DNA from: an uncultured Thermoplasmatales archaeon
GTDB taxonomy: Archaea > Thermoplasmatota > E2 > DHVEG-1
Direction of reading: 5' to 3'
DNA: 63,166 bases
NCBI GenBank assembly: GCA_964592335.1
Contig: CAZQEU010000001.1
Span: 1-63,166 of the forward strand
How positions within the stretch are numbered: position 1 is the stretch's first letter; each line of letters starts with the position of its first letter. Position numbers and translations under genes: made by a program. Shown here piece after piece: positions 17,041 through 27,212 of this stretch. The notes beneath the pieces were generated by a model. That model saw only the letters and a program-made list of their open reading frames with translations. It was not told the DNA's origin and ran no database searches.

Positions 17041-19821
17041 ATGCCTGAAAAAAATGATTTTTACAAAAAAAGTGTAAAAGAAAACTTAAAATCACTTGAA
17101 ACCTCGGAGAAAGGACTAACAAAAAACGAGGCTCAAAAAAGACTTAAAAAATATGGGGAAAACACACTTAAAGCAGAGATAAAAATGCCTTTGTGGCTAA
17201 TCTTTCTTTCACAATTCAAAGAACTACTCGTAATAATACTAATAATCGGTGCACTTATAGCCTATTCAATTGATGATTTTAGAGATGGGACAATAATTCT
17301 TATAATCGTTATTGTAAACGCAATTATAGGTTTTATACAAGAGTATAGAGCCGGAAAAATTGTAGATAAATTAAAGAGTTTGATGAACTCACCTGCTAAA
17401 GTTATAAGAGATGGAGATTTAATTGAAATTAATCAGATAAAATTAGTCCCAGGGGACATTATAAAAGTAGAAGAAGGAGACAAGCTTCCTGCTGATGCAA
17501 GAATAATTGAATCTCAAAGTTTTAAAACAAATGATTTTGCACTCACAGGAGAGTCAGTTCCTCAGGAAAAAACAATCTCTGCAATAAATGAAGATGTAGG
17601 TATTGCAGATAGAACAAACATTGCATACGCTGGAACTACTGTTGCATCTGGTAATGCAACTTGCGTTGTAATTGCAACTGGCATGAACAGTGAAACAGGC
17701 AAAATTGCTAAGATGACTGAAGAAACAGAGATTCTTGAAACACCTCTTCAAAAAGAAATGCGACTACTTGCACGCCAACTTACAATTGCTGTAGTAATTA
17801 TAGGTGCTGCATTGTTTTTCATAGGCCTCGCTCAGGATTTTTCAATAGAGCTTAGCCTCATTTATGCACTTGGAATTTCAATGGCAATTGTTCCACAAGC
17901 ACTACCCGCACAGGTAACAGTTGCTCTATCAACAGGTAGTGCAAGACTTGCAAAAAGAAAGGCAATAGTAAAAAACCTACCATCAGTAGAGACTCTTGGA
18001 TCAACTACTGTTATCTGTACTGATAAAACAGGCACTCTTACAAAAAATGAAATGACTGTAAAATCAGTATGGTTTGATTTTAAAGAATTCAAAGTAACAG
18101 GTTTAGGATACGAGCCTAAAGGAGAAATCACAGATGAAAATGGAAAAAGCTTAAATCAAAAAGAAATCGATGAAATAGAGGTTTTAATGGACTCTGCCAC
18201 AATGGCCTCAAATGCAGAGATACACAGTCCAGACGAAGAGCACAATACATGGTATCCAATAGGTGATCCCACTGAAGCAGCATTAATTACTATGTCTACA
18301 AAGATTGGTACTAGATCACCTACTGAAGACGAGGAAAATCCAGAACTACAAGAATTTCCATTTGACTCTAAAAGAAAGAGAATGAGCTCAGTCAGGCAAT
18401 TTGGAGAAGATATAGCACTTACAGTTAAAGGTTCAACCTTAGGAGTTCTTTCTATCACGAAATATATCTATAAAAACGGTAAAAAAGTTGCAATTACCGA
18501 AGAGGATATTAAAAAAATTAAGAAAAGAAATGAAGATTATTCAAAAAATGGTTTGAGAGTCCTTGCTGTTGCAAGAAGAGACCTACCTAAAAAGAAAGAC
18601 TATACTCAAGATGAAGTAGAAAAAGATGTAACCTTTTTGGGTCTTATTGCAATGATTGACCCTGCAAAAGAAGGTGTTAAAGAATCAGTTGCAGAAGCAA
18701 TAAAGGCAGGAATTAGAATCGTTATGATAACTGGAGACCATGCAATAACTGCAAGGGCAATCGGAAAAGATATTGGCCTTTCGGTGGACTGGGAAAAAGA
18801 TATCTTTACAGGAAAAGAACTAAAAGAAATGGATGATGAAAAACTCAAAAGTGTTTTAAAAGGCGAACATAACCTTATTTTCTCAAGGGTTGATCCTGCT
18901 GATAAACTTAGAATTGTAAAAGCGCTCGAAGAACAAGGAGAAATAGTGGCAGTTACAGGAGACGGAGTAAATGATGCGCCTGCTCTTAGAAAAGCACATA
19001 TCGGCGTTGCAATGGGGCAGAGAGGAACTGATGTTGCAAAAGAAGCATCAAGACTCGTGCTTCTTGATGATAGTTTTCCAACACTTGTAAATGCAATAGA
19101 AGAAGGAAGAACTATTTTTGCAAATCTAAAGAAAACAATTTATTCTTCTCTTACTACAAATATCGCTGAATTAGTTCTTGTTTTACTCGGACTTGTTGGT
19201 GTTGCTTTATGGGATTATCCAATACCAATTCTTGCAGTACAAGTCCTGGCAGTTGATTTAATTGGAGAAATTATGCCTCTTACATTTCTTACATTTGACC
19301 CACCGTCAAAAGAGATAATGAACATACCACCGCGTAATCCAAAGAAACATATTGTAAACAGACACGTCTCAATGGAATTTATCTCTTTAGGAGTATTAAT
19401 CGCTGTTCTTGCGTTTTCAAACTTTTATTTCTTTATACAAAGAGAAGGTGCAGAAGCAGTTTTATCTTCAAAGATTACTGAAAACATTAACAGTTTACCT
19501 GTGGAATATTTGCAGGTAAGTGCTCTTGCTTATGCCACAATTGTTTTCTGCCAATATGTCAATATATTACAATGGAGACACAACAAAACCACGTTATTTA
19601 ACAAAAACATATTTTCAAATAAGATTCTAATAGGCTCAATATTAGGATCTATGGCATTAGTATTTGTTGCTATATATGCACCTTTCATCAGTGATTTCTT
19701 TGTATTCGGAGGATTACAAATTACAGATTGGTTATATGTGTTCTTAGCAGCTACAATATACCTTTTTACATTTGAGGCGCTAAAGATAATTAGGAAGAAA
19801 AAACCATTGGATTTAGATTGA
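17041..19821 (+). CDS. P-type cation-transporting ATPase (P2-like, Ca2+/Na+/K+ class)
   Basis: Cation_ATPase_N-like start (GLTKNEAQKRLKKYGENTLK). Phosphorylation motif ICTDKTGTLT. Also MITGDH and TGDGVNDAPALRKAHIGVAMG. About 10 TM helices. Confidence 0.9.
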   Translation: MPEKNDFYKKSVKENLKSLETSEKGLTKNEAQKRLKKYGENTLKAEIKMPLWLIFLSQFKELLVIILIIGALIAYSIDDFRDGTIILIIVIVNAIIGFIQEYRAGKIVDKLKSLMNSPAKVIRDGDLIEINQIKLVPGDIIKVEEGDKLPADARIIESQSFKTNDFALTGESVPQEKTISAINEDVGIADRTNIAYAGTTVASGNATCVVIATGMNSETGKIAKMTEETEILETPLQKEMRLLARQLTIAVVIIGAALFFIGLAQDFSIELSLIYALGISMAIVPQALPAQVTVALSTGSARLAKRKAIVKNLPSVETLGSTTVICTDKTGTLTKNEMTVKSVWFDFKEFKVTGLGYEPKGEITDENGKSLNQKEIDEIEVLMDSATMASNAEIHSPDEEHNTWYPIGDPTEAALITMSTKIGTRSPTEDEENPELQEFPFDSKRKRMSSVRQFGEDIALTVKGSTLGVLSITKYIYKNGKKVAITEEDIKKIKKRNEDYSKNGLRVLAVARRDLPKKKDYTQDEVEKDVTFLGLIAMIDPAKEGVKESVAEAIKAGIRIVMITGDHAITARAIGKDIGLSVDWEKDIFTGKELKEMDDEKLKSVLKGEHNLIFSRVDPADKLRIVKALEEQGEIVAVTGDGVNDAPALRKAHIGVAMGQRGTDVAKEASRLVLLDDSFPTLVNAIEEGRTIFANLKKTIYSSLTTNIAELVLVLLGLVGVALWDYPIPILAVQVLAVDLIGEIMPLTFLTFDPPSKEIMNIPPRNPKKHIVNRHVSMEFISLGVLIAVLAFSNFYFFIQREGAEAVLSSKITENINSLPVEYLQVSALAYATIVFCQYVNILQWRHNKTTLFNKNIFSNKILIGSILGSMALVFVAIYAPFISDFFVFGGLQITDWLYVFLAATIYLFTFEALKIIRKKKPLDLD

Positions 19822-19938
19822 TTCAAAAACAGTGAAAAAATAGTAATGTATCACATAACAATATGTTACTCTTTTAAACCAATTAAACATTATCATTTTG
19901 TATAAGTTTAACATTATTGAGTTTGGAGGGACAAGGGT

Positions 19939-22128
19939 TTGAAGGAGAAAACATTAAAGATATATGTTTCAATTATACTTTTTTTCCTTGTTATATGGGC
20001 CTCCAGCAGTTTAGTAAGTAACATGAAAATAATTGATAGAGATGAAGATGGGTTAAAAGACGAATTAGAATATTCTTTAGGAAGTAATCCTTTAAATATC
20101 GATACAGATAATGATGGTTTAGAAGATTATAAAGAGTACAACTACTGGATAAATAGATCAAAAGATGCTTTTGATGAAGAGTTCTATGATTATTGGAAAC
20201 AATATTGGAACGAGACATTTAATTTGAAAATCTCTGAAAATGATTTAAAGAAGATGCTTAAGCCAGATGGGGATATTGATGGTGATAACAAATCAAATAT
20301 TTGTGATGATGACTCAGATAATGACAAACTTTTAGATGGTTTTGAACTCAAAAATGATACCGATCCTGCTCTTCCGGATTTAAATCCACCCTCCAGTAAT
20401 GATGGAGGCGGTGGGGAAAATAGCAACAGCGATGATTCAGAAGGAGGCGGAGGAGGAGATAGAAACGATACAATAACTGAAATAACAAAGATTTCATCAA
20501 GTCAGATATATAAAACAGGTTTTTTTTATGTTCAAGGATATGTTACAGATAATTTAAATAAACCAGTAGAAAATATGACTATCGAAGTTTTTGTAAATAA
20601 AACAAAGGATACGCCAGGTAGCTTTGCAGGGACAGGATCTATTGATTCGAACGGTTTTTTTAATATATCCTGCGAGGTTCCAAAAGATGTAGATGTTGGA
20701 TCAAATCAAGTTGTTGCACATACATTATCAAATGACGAATACGGAGATTCCTGGTCTGATCCAACTATTAATATTTATTCTAATACAACATTGACCCTTG
20801 ACACAGCATCATCAGCAGGTAAAGATTTTGTCTTTCCTATCAAAGGGAGTCTATTAGATGTTGATGATCAACCCTTAGAAAATAAAACAGTTAGGATAAA
20901 GTGGGACAATGAATTTTTAACACTTGATAAAACAAACAATGAAGGAAATTTTATATTTAATACTTCAAATAAAACTCTTGGAAATCATAGGATTGATGTA
21001 GAGTTTGATGGTAGTGAATTCCTAGGATCTTCAAACGATTCACAAAAAATAATAATTAAAGATATGGACACCTATCTATTTGCTATTACTCCAACTGATA
21101 ATTTTAGGAGGGGAGAAGAAGTAACAGTACAAGGACAATTATTTACAGGACTTGAAGAACCTCTCCCAAATAGTGAAATAAAGATATTCTTTGAAAATAA
21201 TTTAGTATCATCGCTTCAAACATCTAGTCAAGGATCATTTACTTCAAATATTAAAATTCCTGATAACTCAAAAGTTGGTGAAATACCTATAAAAATAAAA
21301 TTTCCGGGTACAGATTATTATGCAGAAGCAGAAATAGAAGATACAATAGGAGTTGAATCAGATACAAATATAAATTTTATTTCCCCTATTGAAAAGAATT
21401 TCATACAAAATGATTCTTTAGTGATTATAGGAAATATAACAGATGATAAAAAAAATCCTGTTGAAAACGTATCAATTGAAATCTCTTTTATAAATCTAAG
21501 TGAAAAGATAGATTCAGATAACAATGGTTCTTTTCAAACAATAATTAAAATTCCTTCTAATATTTCTAATGCCTCATATAATATAAAAGCAGATTTCTAT
21601 GCAACAAACTATTATTTATCATCAAAAAATAGCATCTCAATAATAGTTGGAGTTGTCGAAACAAATCCAGATACATCTGATAATAATCTTTTAATAATCT
21701 TAAGTATTGTAATTCTTGGGTTGATAAGTGGTGGTATTGTATTCAAAGTTTTCAAAAACAAAAAGGGAGAAACAACAGTTATAGATCCTCGATCTATAGA
21801 AGATATTGCTTCAAGTACGATAAATAAATTAAAAAATGAACCCGATTGCAGAAAAACCGTCTTGGAGTGTTACTTAAATCTATGTAAATGGCTTGATGCA
21901 ACAGGTCTGAAAAAAAACAAACATGATACTCCCAGAGAATTTGCAGTTGATCTCAAAAAATCTCTAGATGTATCAGATGATTGCTTGTCATCTCTTACAA
22001 CTGTATTTGAGAAAGCATGCTACAGTGACCATGAAATAATTGATGATGATAAAAAAACTGCAATAAATTGTCTAACTGAAGTAATTAACACAATTGCCCA
22101 TGATAACCCAAAAAATGTGAAAGGATAA
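19939..22128 (+). CDS. Membrane protein with TSP3-like Ca-binding repeats, an array of Ig/CarboxypepD_reg-like domains, a TM helix and a C-terminal DUF4129 domain
   Basis: TTG start after a GGAGGG SD. Repeats DRDEDGLKDELE..NPLNIDTDNDGLEDYKEY. Gly-rich linker. TM helix LLIILSIVILGLISGGIVFKVF. DUF4129-like TPREFAVDLKK...FEKACYSDHEI. Confidence 0.75.
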   Translation: MKEKTLKIYVSIILFFLVIWASSSLVSNMKIIDRDEDGLKDELEYSLGSNPLNIDTDNDGLEDYKEYNYWINRSKDAFDEEFYDYWKQYWNETFNLKISENDLKKMLKPDGDIDGDNKSNICDDDSDNDKLLDGFELKNDTDPALPDLNPPSSNDGGGGENSNSDDSEGGGGGDRNDTITEITKISSSQIYKTGFFYVQGYVTDNLNKPVENMTIEVFVNKTKDTPGSFAGTGSIDSNGFFNISCEVPKDVDVGSNQVVAHTLSNDEYGDSWSDPTINIYSNTTLTLDTASSAGKDFVFPIKGSLLDVDDQPLENKTVRIKWDNEFLTLDKTNNEGNFIFNTSNKTLGNHRIDVEFDGSEFLGSSNDSQKIIIKDMDTYLFAITPTDNFRRGEEVTVQGQLFTGLEEPLPNSEIKIFFENNLVSSLQTSSQGSFTSNIKIPDNSKVGEIPIKIKFPGTDYYAEAEIEDTIGVESDTNINFISPIEKNFIQNDSLVIIGNITDDKKNPVENVSIEISFINLSEKIDSDNNGSFQTIIKIPSNISNASYNIKADFYATNYYLSSKNSISIIVGVVETNPDTSDNNLLIILSIVILGLISGGIVFKVFKNKKGETTVIDPRSIEDIASSTINKLKNEPDCRKTVLECYLNLCKWLDATGLKKNKHDTPREFAVDLKKSLDVSDDCLSSLTTVFEKACYSDHEIIDDDKKTAINCLTEVINTIAHDNPKNVKG

Positions 22129-22144
22129 AAAAAGAAGGAATTTG

Positions 22145-22642
22145 ATGATATCAGAACATATAATGATAAGTATAAACCCTGCTTTAAAATGGTCTATTTT
22201 CGTAATTATTTTTATAATTGCAGGATTTGCACTTTTTCATCTGATTTTTAAAAACTCTAAAAATCCTAAGGATTGGAAACATAGAAACATATACTCAAAA
22301 AATCATGAGAAAGCTAATTTAAAAAAATTTGCAGATTCCATACGTTTTCAGACTCTTGAATATGACTATAATACTTCTTTAGAAGAAGTAATACAAATGA
22401 TTTTTTTTAAAAAAATAGAGTATAACAAAGGATTATCTGTAGAAGAGCTTTATGAAATTAAAAACAAAAATCCAGAAGCTCTCAGAAACATAATAGCAGA
22501 TGATGATATATACAATTGGATTTTAAACTCAGAAAAAGAGAAGGATAAAAATAGTTTTTTTTGGAAGAAAAAAACAAAAGAAGAAGGAGAATATTTAAAA
22601 AAAATAAATATGGTTATTGATAAAATGGAGGCCTGGGTATAG
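22145..22642 (+). CDS. Single-pass membrane protein of unknown function (MoxR operon member)
   Basis: One TM helix (WSIFVIIFIIAGFALFHLIF) is followed by a charged helical domain. Its stop abuts the MoxR start. TTG 22142 or ATG 22145 could be the start. Confidence 0.5.
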   Translation: MISEHIMISINPALKWSIFVIIFIIAGFALFHLIFKNSKNPKDWKHRNIYSKNHEKANLKKFADSIRFQTLEYDYNTSLEEVIQMIFFKKIEYNKGLSVEELYEIKNKNPEALRNIIADDDIYNWILNSEKEKDKNSFFWKKKTKEEGEYLKKINMVIDKMEAWV

Positions 22643-23599
22643 ATGAATGTGACTGTAACAGAAATATCTTCTGTTTGTAAAAAATTAATTGATGAAGTAG
22701 GAAAAGTAGTAGTTGGTAAAGAAAATATGCTAAAGTATGTAATACTTGGTATACTCACAGATGGACATATCCTCTTTGAGGATTATCCTGGTCTTGCAAA
22801 GACTTTGACTGCAAAAACATTTTCACAGGCTATGGGCTGTAAGTTTTCTCGTGTTCAATTTACACCGGATCTTCTACCCGCAGATATCACAGGGACGTAT
22901 ATATACAATCAAAAGGAAAGTGAATTTAAACTTATTAAAGGACCAATTTTTACAAATATACTTCTTGCAGATGAGATAAATAGGGCTCCGCCAAAAACAC
23001 AGGCAGCACTTCTTGAAGCAATGCAAGAGAAACAAACAACTATGGAAGGACAAACATATCATCTGGAAAAACCTTTCTTGGTTCTTGCAACTCAGAACCC
23101 TATAGAATATGAAGGGACATATCCTCTACCAGAGGCACAAATCGATCGTTTCTTATTGAAACTAAGCGTAGGTTATCCTGAGCCACATGAAGAAAAAGAA
23201 ATACTTACACGTATGAAAAAAATTGATTTACATGATGCAAAGGTTGACAAAGTTGTTTATCCAAGTGATATTCTAAAAATGCAGGAGGTTGTAAAAAGTG
23301 TTTTTATCGATGAGAAAATCGAAGAATATATTGTAAACATTGTTCATAACACTAGATATGATGCCCGCGTAGAAGTAGGTGTAAGCCCACGTGGTTCCAT
23401 AGCACTTTTTAAACTCTCAAAAGCCCATGCTGCTTTTCATGGGCGAGACTATGTGATTCCTGATGATATAAAACAAGTCTCAGTTCAAGCTATTGCTCAT
23501 CGTCTTGTTTTAAAACCAGAGACAAGATTCAAGGGAATAAAACCCGGACAGATAATAAATGAAATCATGAGTGAAATCCCAGTACCTACGGTAAGATAG
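22643..23599 (+). CDS. MoxR-family AAA+ ATPase
   Basis: HILFEDYPGLAKTLTAKTFSQAMGCKFSRVQFTPDLLPADITG, LLADEINRAPPKTQAALLEAMQE and VLATQNPIEYEGTYPLPEAQIDRF are classic MoxR motifs. Confidence 0.9.
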   Translation: MNVTVTEISSVCKKLIDEVGKVVVGKENMLKYVILGILTDGHILFEDYPGLAKTLTAKTFSQAMGCKFSRVQFTPDLLPADITGTYIYNQKESEFKLIKGPIFTNILLADEINRAPPKTQAALLEAMQEKQTTMEGQTYHLEKPFLVLATQNPIEYEGTYPLPEAQIDRFLLKLSVGYPEPHEEKEILTRMKKIDLHDAKVDKVVYPSDILKMQEVVKSVFIDEKIEEYIVNIVHNTRYDARVEVGVSPRGSIALFKLSKAHAAFHGRDYVIPDDIKQVSVQAIAHRLVLKPETRFKGIKPGQIINEIMSEIPVPTVR

Positions 23600-23601
23600 A
23601 T

Positions 23602-24894
23602 ATGCAAACTTTAAAAGCAGCAGGTTTCATCAGTGCAATTATCGGTTTGATACTACTTGCTCTGATACTTATTCAATGGTTCTTTTTTTTACTTGTGATA
23701 CCGCTGTTTTTATACATGTTTATAAGTACTGTTTTTTTTAACAATGAAGATTTAAAGATAGATGTTAAAAGAACCATTTCAAAAGAAAAAGTTTTTGAAA
23801 AAGATAAAGTAGAAATAACCCTTGAGCTGGAAAACAAGGGAGAAAACATTAATTTTTTAGAAGTGTTTGACAAGTTATCAGAAAAAATAAGTATATCAAA
23901 AGGTAGCAACTATTTTGTATTAAGCCTGAAAAAAAATGAGAAAATAACTGTTAAATACGAAGTTAGCTGCGATGTTAGAGGTCATTATGAGATTGGATTG
24001 CTTCATCTTAGATCACGTGATTTTTTTGGTTTTTTTTATCGTGAAAAGATAATAGAAGACATATCACATCTTGTTGTAATACCACACATTGAAGATATAA
24101 GAAGTATTTACATAAAAGAAAAAGCAAAGCTTTACCCCGGTGTTGTTCTTGGTAGTCAAGCAGGTCTTGGAACAGAATTTTATGGAATTAGGAAATATGT
24201 GCCAGGAGATACTTTTAAACAGATTAACTGGAAATGTTTTGCCAGGTTTAATGATTTAGTTGTAAATGAGTACACACTTGAGAGTACAACCGATGTTGTA
24301 ATAATCATTGACTCAAGGGATACAGAAAGCATGGGATCTGTAGTTTTAAATCCTTTAGAATACAGTGTAAAAGCAGCAGTTTCAATTGCATCTTTTTATC
24401 TTAAAAGACGTGATAGAGTAGGCCTGCTCTCCTATGGATCTGCAGATGGAGAACTTATCTGGGTTTATCCTGATTCTGGAAAAAAACAGCTTTTTAAAAT
24501 AACAGAGAAAATAGTTGAACTACAAGCAAATGGTGATTCTAATTTTACCAATGCCGTAAACCAGGCAGTTATTCATATGATTCCAAAAAGCTCACTAGTG
24601 ATATTTATAAGCTCATTGGAAAACGATGAAACAATTGGTGGAGGAATAGGAAAACTATCAAAACTAGGTTTTAAAACATTGGTTATATCACCTTCTCTTA
24701 TAGATATTGAACATTTAATCCAAAAAGATGATTCAGATGAATACGATGAAATAGCATATAAAATTCTTTCTCTGGAACGTAAAAATGTTATATCTGAGCT
24801 GAGAGGAGCAGGCGCCCTACTTATTGATTGGAATCCAAAAAAACCACTTTCAGTTTCACTTGAGGAGGTGCAAAAATATCAGGTAAGACGCTGA
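23602..24894 (+). CDS. DUF58 domain protein (vWA-like MoxR partner) with N-terminal TM helices
   Basis: FYGIRKYVPGDTFKQINWKCFARFNDLVVNEY is the DUF58 signature. The gene starts 3 nt after the MoxR stop. Confidence 0.85.
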   Translation: MQTLKAAGFISAIIGLILLALILIQWFFFLLVIPLFLYMFISTVFFNNEDLKIDVKRTISKEKVFEKDKVEITLELENKGENINFLEVFDKLSEKISISKGSNYFVLSLKKNEKITVKYEVSCDVRGHYEIGLLHLRSRDFFGFFYREKIIEDISHLVVIPHIEDIRSIYIKEKAKLYPGVVLGSQAGLGTEFYGIRKYVPGDTFKQINWKCFARFNDLVVNEYTLESTTDVVIIIDSRDTESMGSVVLNPLEYSVKAAVSIASFYLKRRDRVGLLSYGSADGELIWVYPDSGKKQLFKITEKIVELQANGDSNFTNAVNQAVIHMIPKSSLVIFISSLENDETIGGGIGKLSKLGFKTLVISPSLIDIEHLIQKDDSDEYDEIAYKILSLERKNVISELRGAGALLIDWNPKKPLSVSLEEVQKYQVRR

Positions 24895-24902
24895 ATAATC
24901 TA

Positions 24903-25775
24903 ATGTTAAAAACAAATATTTTACAGTATTTAACAATTGTTTTATTTGTAATTCTTTATTCAATTGCGATAAAACCATATATCACTATTTTCAATGATTT
25001 TATATCAATTAATTTTTCATCGTTTATTATCGCTTTTATTATTACAATTATAGGTAGTTGTATAGGATATTTTTTTACAAAAAAAACATTTAGAAAAATA
25101 AAAATGGATTATAACTTGAAAAATAATATTATAACTGCAATAACTTCAATTATACCTATTGTGTTATTAGTGATATATTTTGTTTTTGGATCTGAAGCTT
25201 TACAAAAAACAGTCTTATATCTTACAAAATCAGTGATAATAATTTTTCTAACAATAATCCCTGTGTTTTGTATATATTCCATAGTTAAGAAGAAAAAAAA
25301 TATTTTTGTTACAAATAGCATCACAGTATTTATTTTTCTTTTTTATCTGTTTTTTTTAGAAAATATATTTGAAAATATTGACACTGGTTTTTATTTCGAT
25401 AATCAAAACACCTTTTTATTAGTATATTTTGTTTTGTTTATATGTTACTTAGAAATTGGTTTAAAAAGTATAGTTTTTAGTTCAATGATGAAAAAGATAA
25501 GCCCAGATAAAGATAATGAAAACAGTTTTTTATTAGAAAAATTCAACAATGTCTTTAATAAATCTTTTTTGTATTTAATAACTTTTTTTGTTACCTCCAT
25601 TATTTTATCTCTTTTGGTTTTAAACAACAATTTTGATGCCATAGCTTTAAAAGGTCTAGGATCTGTTGATATTATAATCATTTTAACGATTCTAGTTATA
25701 ATACTATCACTTTTATTCTGGTTTTTTGCTGCATATGATAAATCAAATAAAATAAGTAGTTTTAAGAAAAAATAA
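24903..25775 (+). CDS. Polytopic integral membrane protein, unknown function (last gene of the MoxR operon)
   Basis: Roughly 8 hydrophobic segments. An 8-nt gap follows DUF58. No family recognised. Confidence 0.55.
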   Translation: MLKTNILQYLTIVLFVILYSIAIKPYITIFNDFISINFSSFIIAFIITIIGSCIGYFFTKKTFRKIKMDYNLKNNIITAITSIIPIVLLVIYFVFGSEALQKTVLYLTKSVIIIFLTIIPVFCIYSIVKKKKNIFVTNSITVFIFLFYLFFLENIFENIDTGFYFDNQNTFLLVYFVLFICYLEIGLKSIVFSSMMKKISPDKDNENSFLLEKFNNVFNKSFLYLITFFVTSIILSLLVLNNNFDAIALKGLGSVDIIIILTILVIILSLLFWFFAAYDKSNKISSFKKK

Positions 25776-26068
25776 GAATATCAAGTGTCAAATAAATTAC
25801 AATCTATTCTTTTTTTATCATTGATCTGTAGCATGGATAAAAATCTTCGATTGATTCAAGTTTCCATAGAATCATACCAATATTATTATCCAATAAAGAA
25901 TTTATATTATCTTTAGTTTTTTGCATTTTTCCCCCTTTATTTATTACAATATATTATTTTTGTTTCTTAGTATAAATATTTTTTCACATATTTTAAAATA
26001 AAAAAAATTATATATAACATATTGTTAAAATAATTCCTAATTTTGTAAAGATAGTTATATAAAAACTA

Positions 26069-27103
26069 TTATTTTTTCTTCTTTGGTAAAATAGAAAATA
26101 AAAACAAAAACAAAAAAGCAATAACAATAAAAATGGTTAATTCAACACTTGGAAGTTTTATACTAGGTGGCCTTGAATACGATTTTATAATGTCTTGATT
26201 GCTTTCAAAAAAGTTATATTCCGTAAGATTTTCTTCTTCAGAGTTTTTATTATAGATTGCAAGAGAATTGTTTTCAAAAGTATTGTTTTCTATAGTGTTG
26301 TTATGTGTATAACTAAGTGATAAAGCAGCACTGCAATTTACAAACCTGTTGCCAAGAATAGAATTATAGTGAGAGTGATCTGCTGACAAACCATTACTAT
26401 CATATTGCTCTGATAAAAAGAGATTATCTAATATCTTATTATAATCAGACCAACGACCTAAATAAATCCCATCTGTATTTTTCCAAAAAGTATTATTCTC
26501 AATCCTGTTGTTTGTAGATAAATCCCACATCCTAATTCCAACGTTTGTATTGTTGAAAATATTATTTTTAAAAACATGGTTATTTGATGAATTATAAAAA
26601 ATTATAGCTTCAAGGCTCTTTGTTATATTATTTTTAATTAAACTATTATTCTCTGAGAAATCATCAAAATATATCCCATTTCTGTTATCTATAAAAAAAT
26701 TATTTTTTATTATATTATCTGATCCTGCTATATACACACCAATCGTTGAATTTGTAATTGTAAAACCAGAAAGGCTAATATTTGAAGATTTTAACAAAAC
26801 TGAATATATACCACCTGAAGAATCAATTATTGTAGAGCCACTGCTATTACTAATGATAGAAACAGATTTATTAACAAAAATACTTTCATTATAGATCCCG
26901 GGGTTAACATAAATTATATCACCATTATTAGCATCCAACAAAGCACTAGATATATTCATATAATAAGTTGAAGAATTATTAGCATCAACAACCAAAGACC
27001 TTGATTGATTTATATAATCTGATTTAACAACAGAGCCAAATAACAGAATAGATGATAAAAGAAGTATAAAAAATAAAACAGCAAAATATCCTTTTTTAGG
27101 CAT
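26069..27103 (-). CDS. Secreted beta-helix repeat (NosD-like) protein with a C-terminal TM anchor
   Basis: Signal peptide. ALLDANNGDIIYVNPGIYNESIFVNKSVSI followed by repeated N-N-x-I/F rungs. C-terminal LTIFIVIAFLFLFLFSILPKKKK. Confidence 0.8.
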   Translation of the reverse strand: MPKKGYFAVLFFILLLSSILLFGSVVKSDYINQSRSLVVDANNSSTYYMNISSALLDANNGDIIYVNPGIYNESIFVNKSVSIISNSSGSTIIDSSGGIYSVLLKSSNISLSGFTITNSTIGVYIAGSDNIIKNNFFIDNRNGIYFDDFSENNSLIKNNITKSLEAIIFYNSSNNHVFKNNIFNNTNVGIRMWDLSTNNRIENNTFWKNTDGIYLGRWSDYNKILDNLFLSEQYDSNGLSADHSHYNSILGNRFVNCSAALSLSYTHNNTIENNTFENNSLAIYNKNSEEENLTEYNFFESNQDIIKSYSRPPSIKLPSVELTIFIVIAFLFLFLFSILPKKKK

Positions 27104-27212
27104 AATAATTTCAAACCTTTTTATTTGTGAAACAAATTTTGTTTTATAAAATATACTCTTTTAAAAACCAGTAAGTTAAACATATCAACTAACATACTAT
27201 TCATAGGAAAAA

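Noticed and set aside
25804-25926. 40-codon minus-strand ORF (MQKTKDNINSLLDNNIGMILWKLESIEDFYPCYRSMIKKE*) preceded by an AGGGGG SD, in the 293-bp spacer after the MoxR operon.
   Set aside because: The only evidence is the open frame and an SD-like motif. There is no paralogue or motif, so I cannot support it as a gene.
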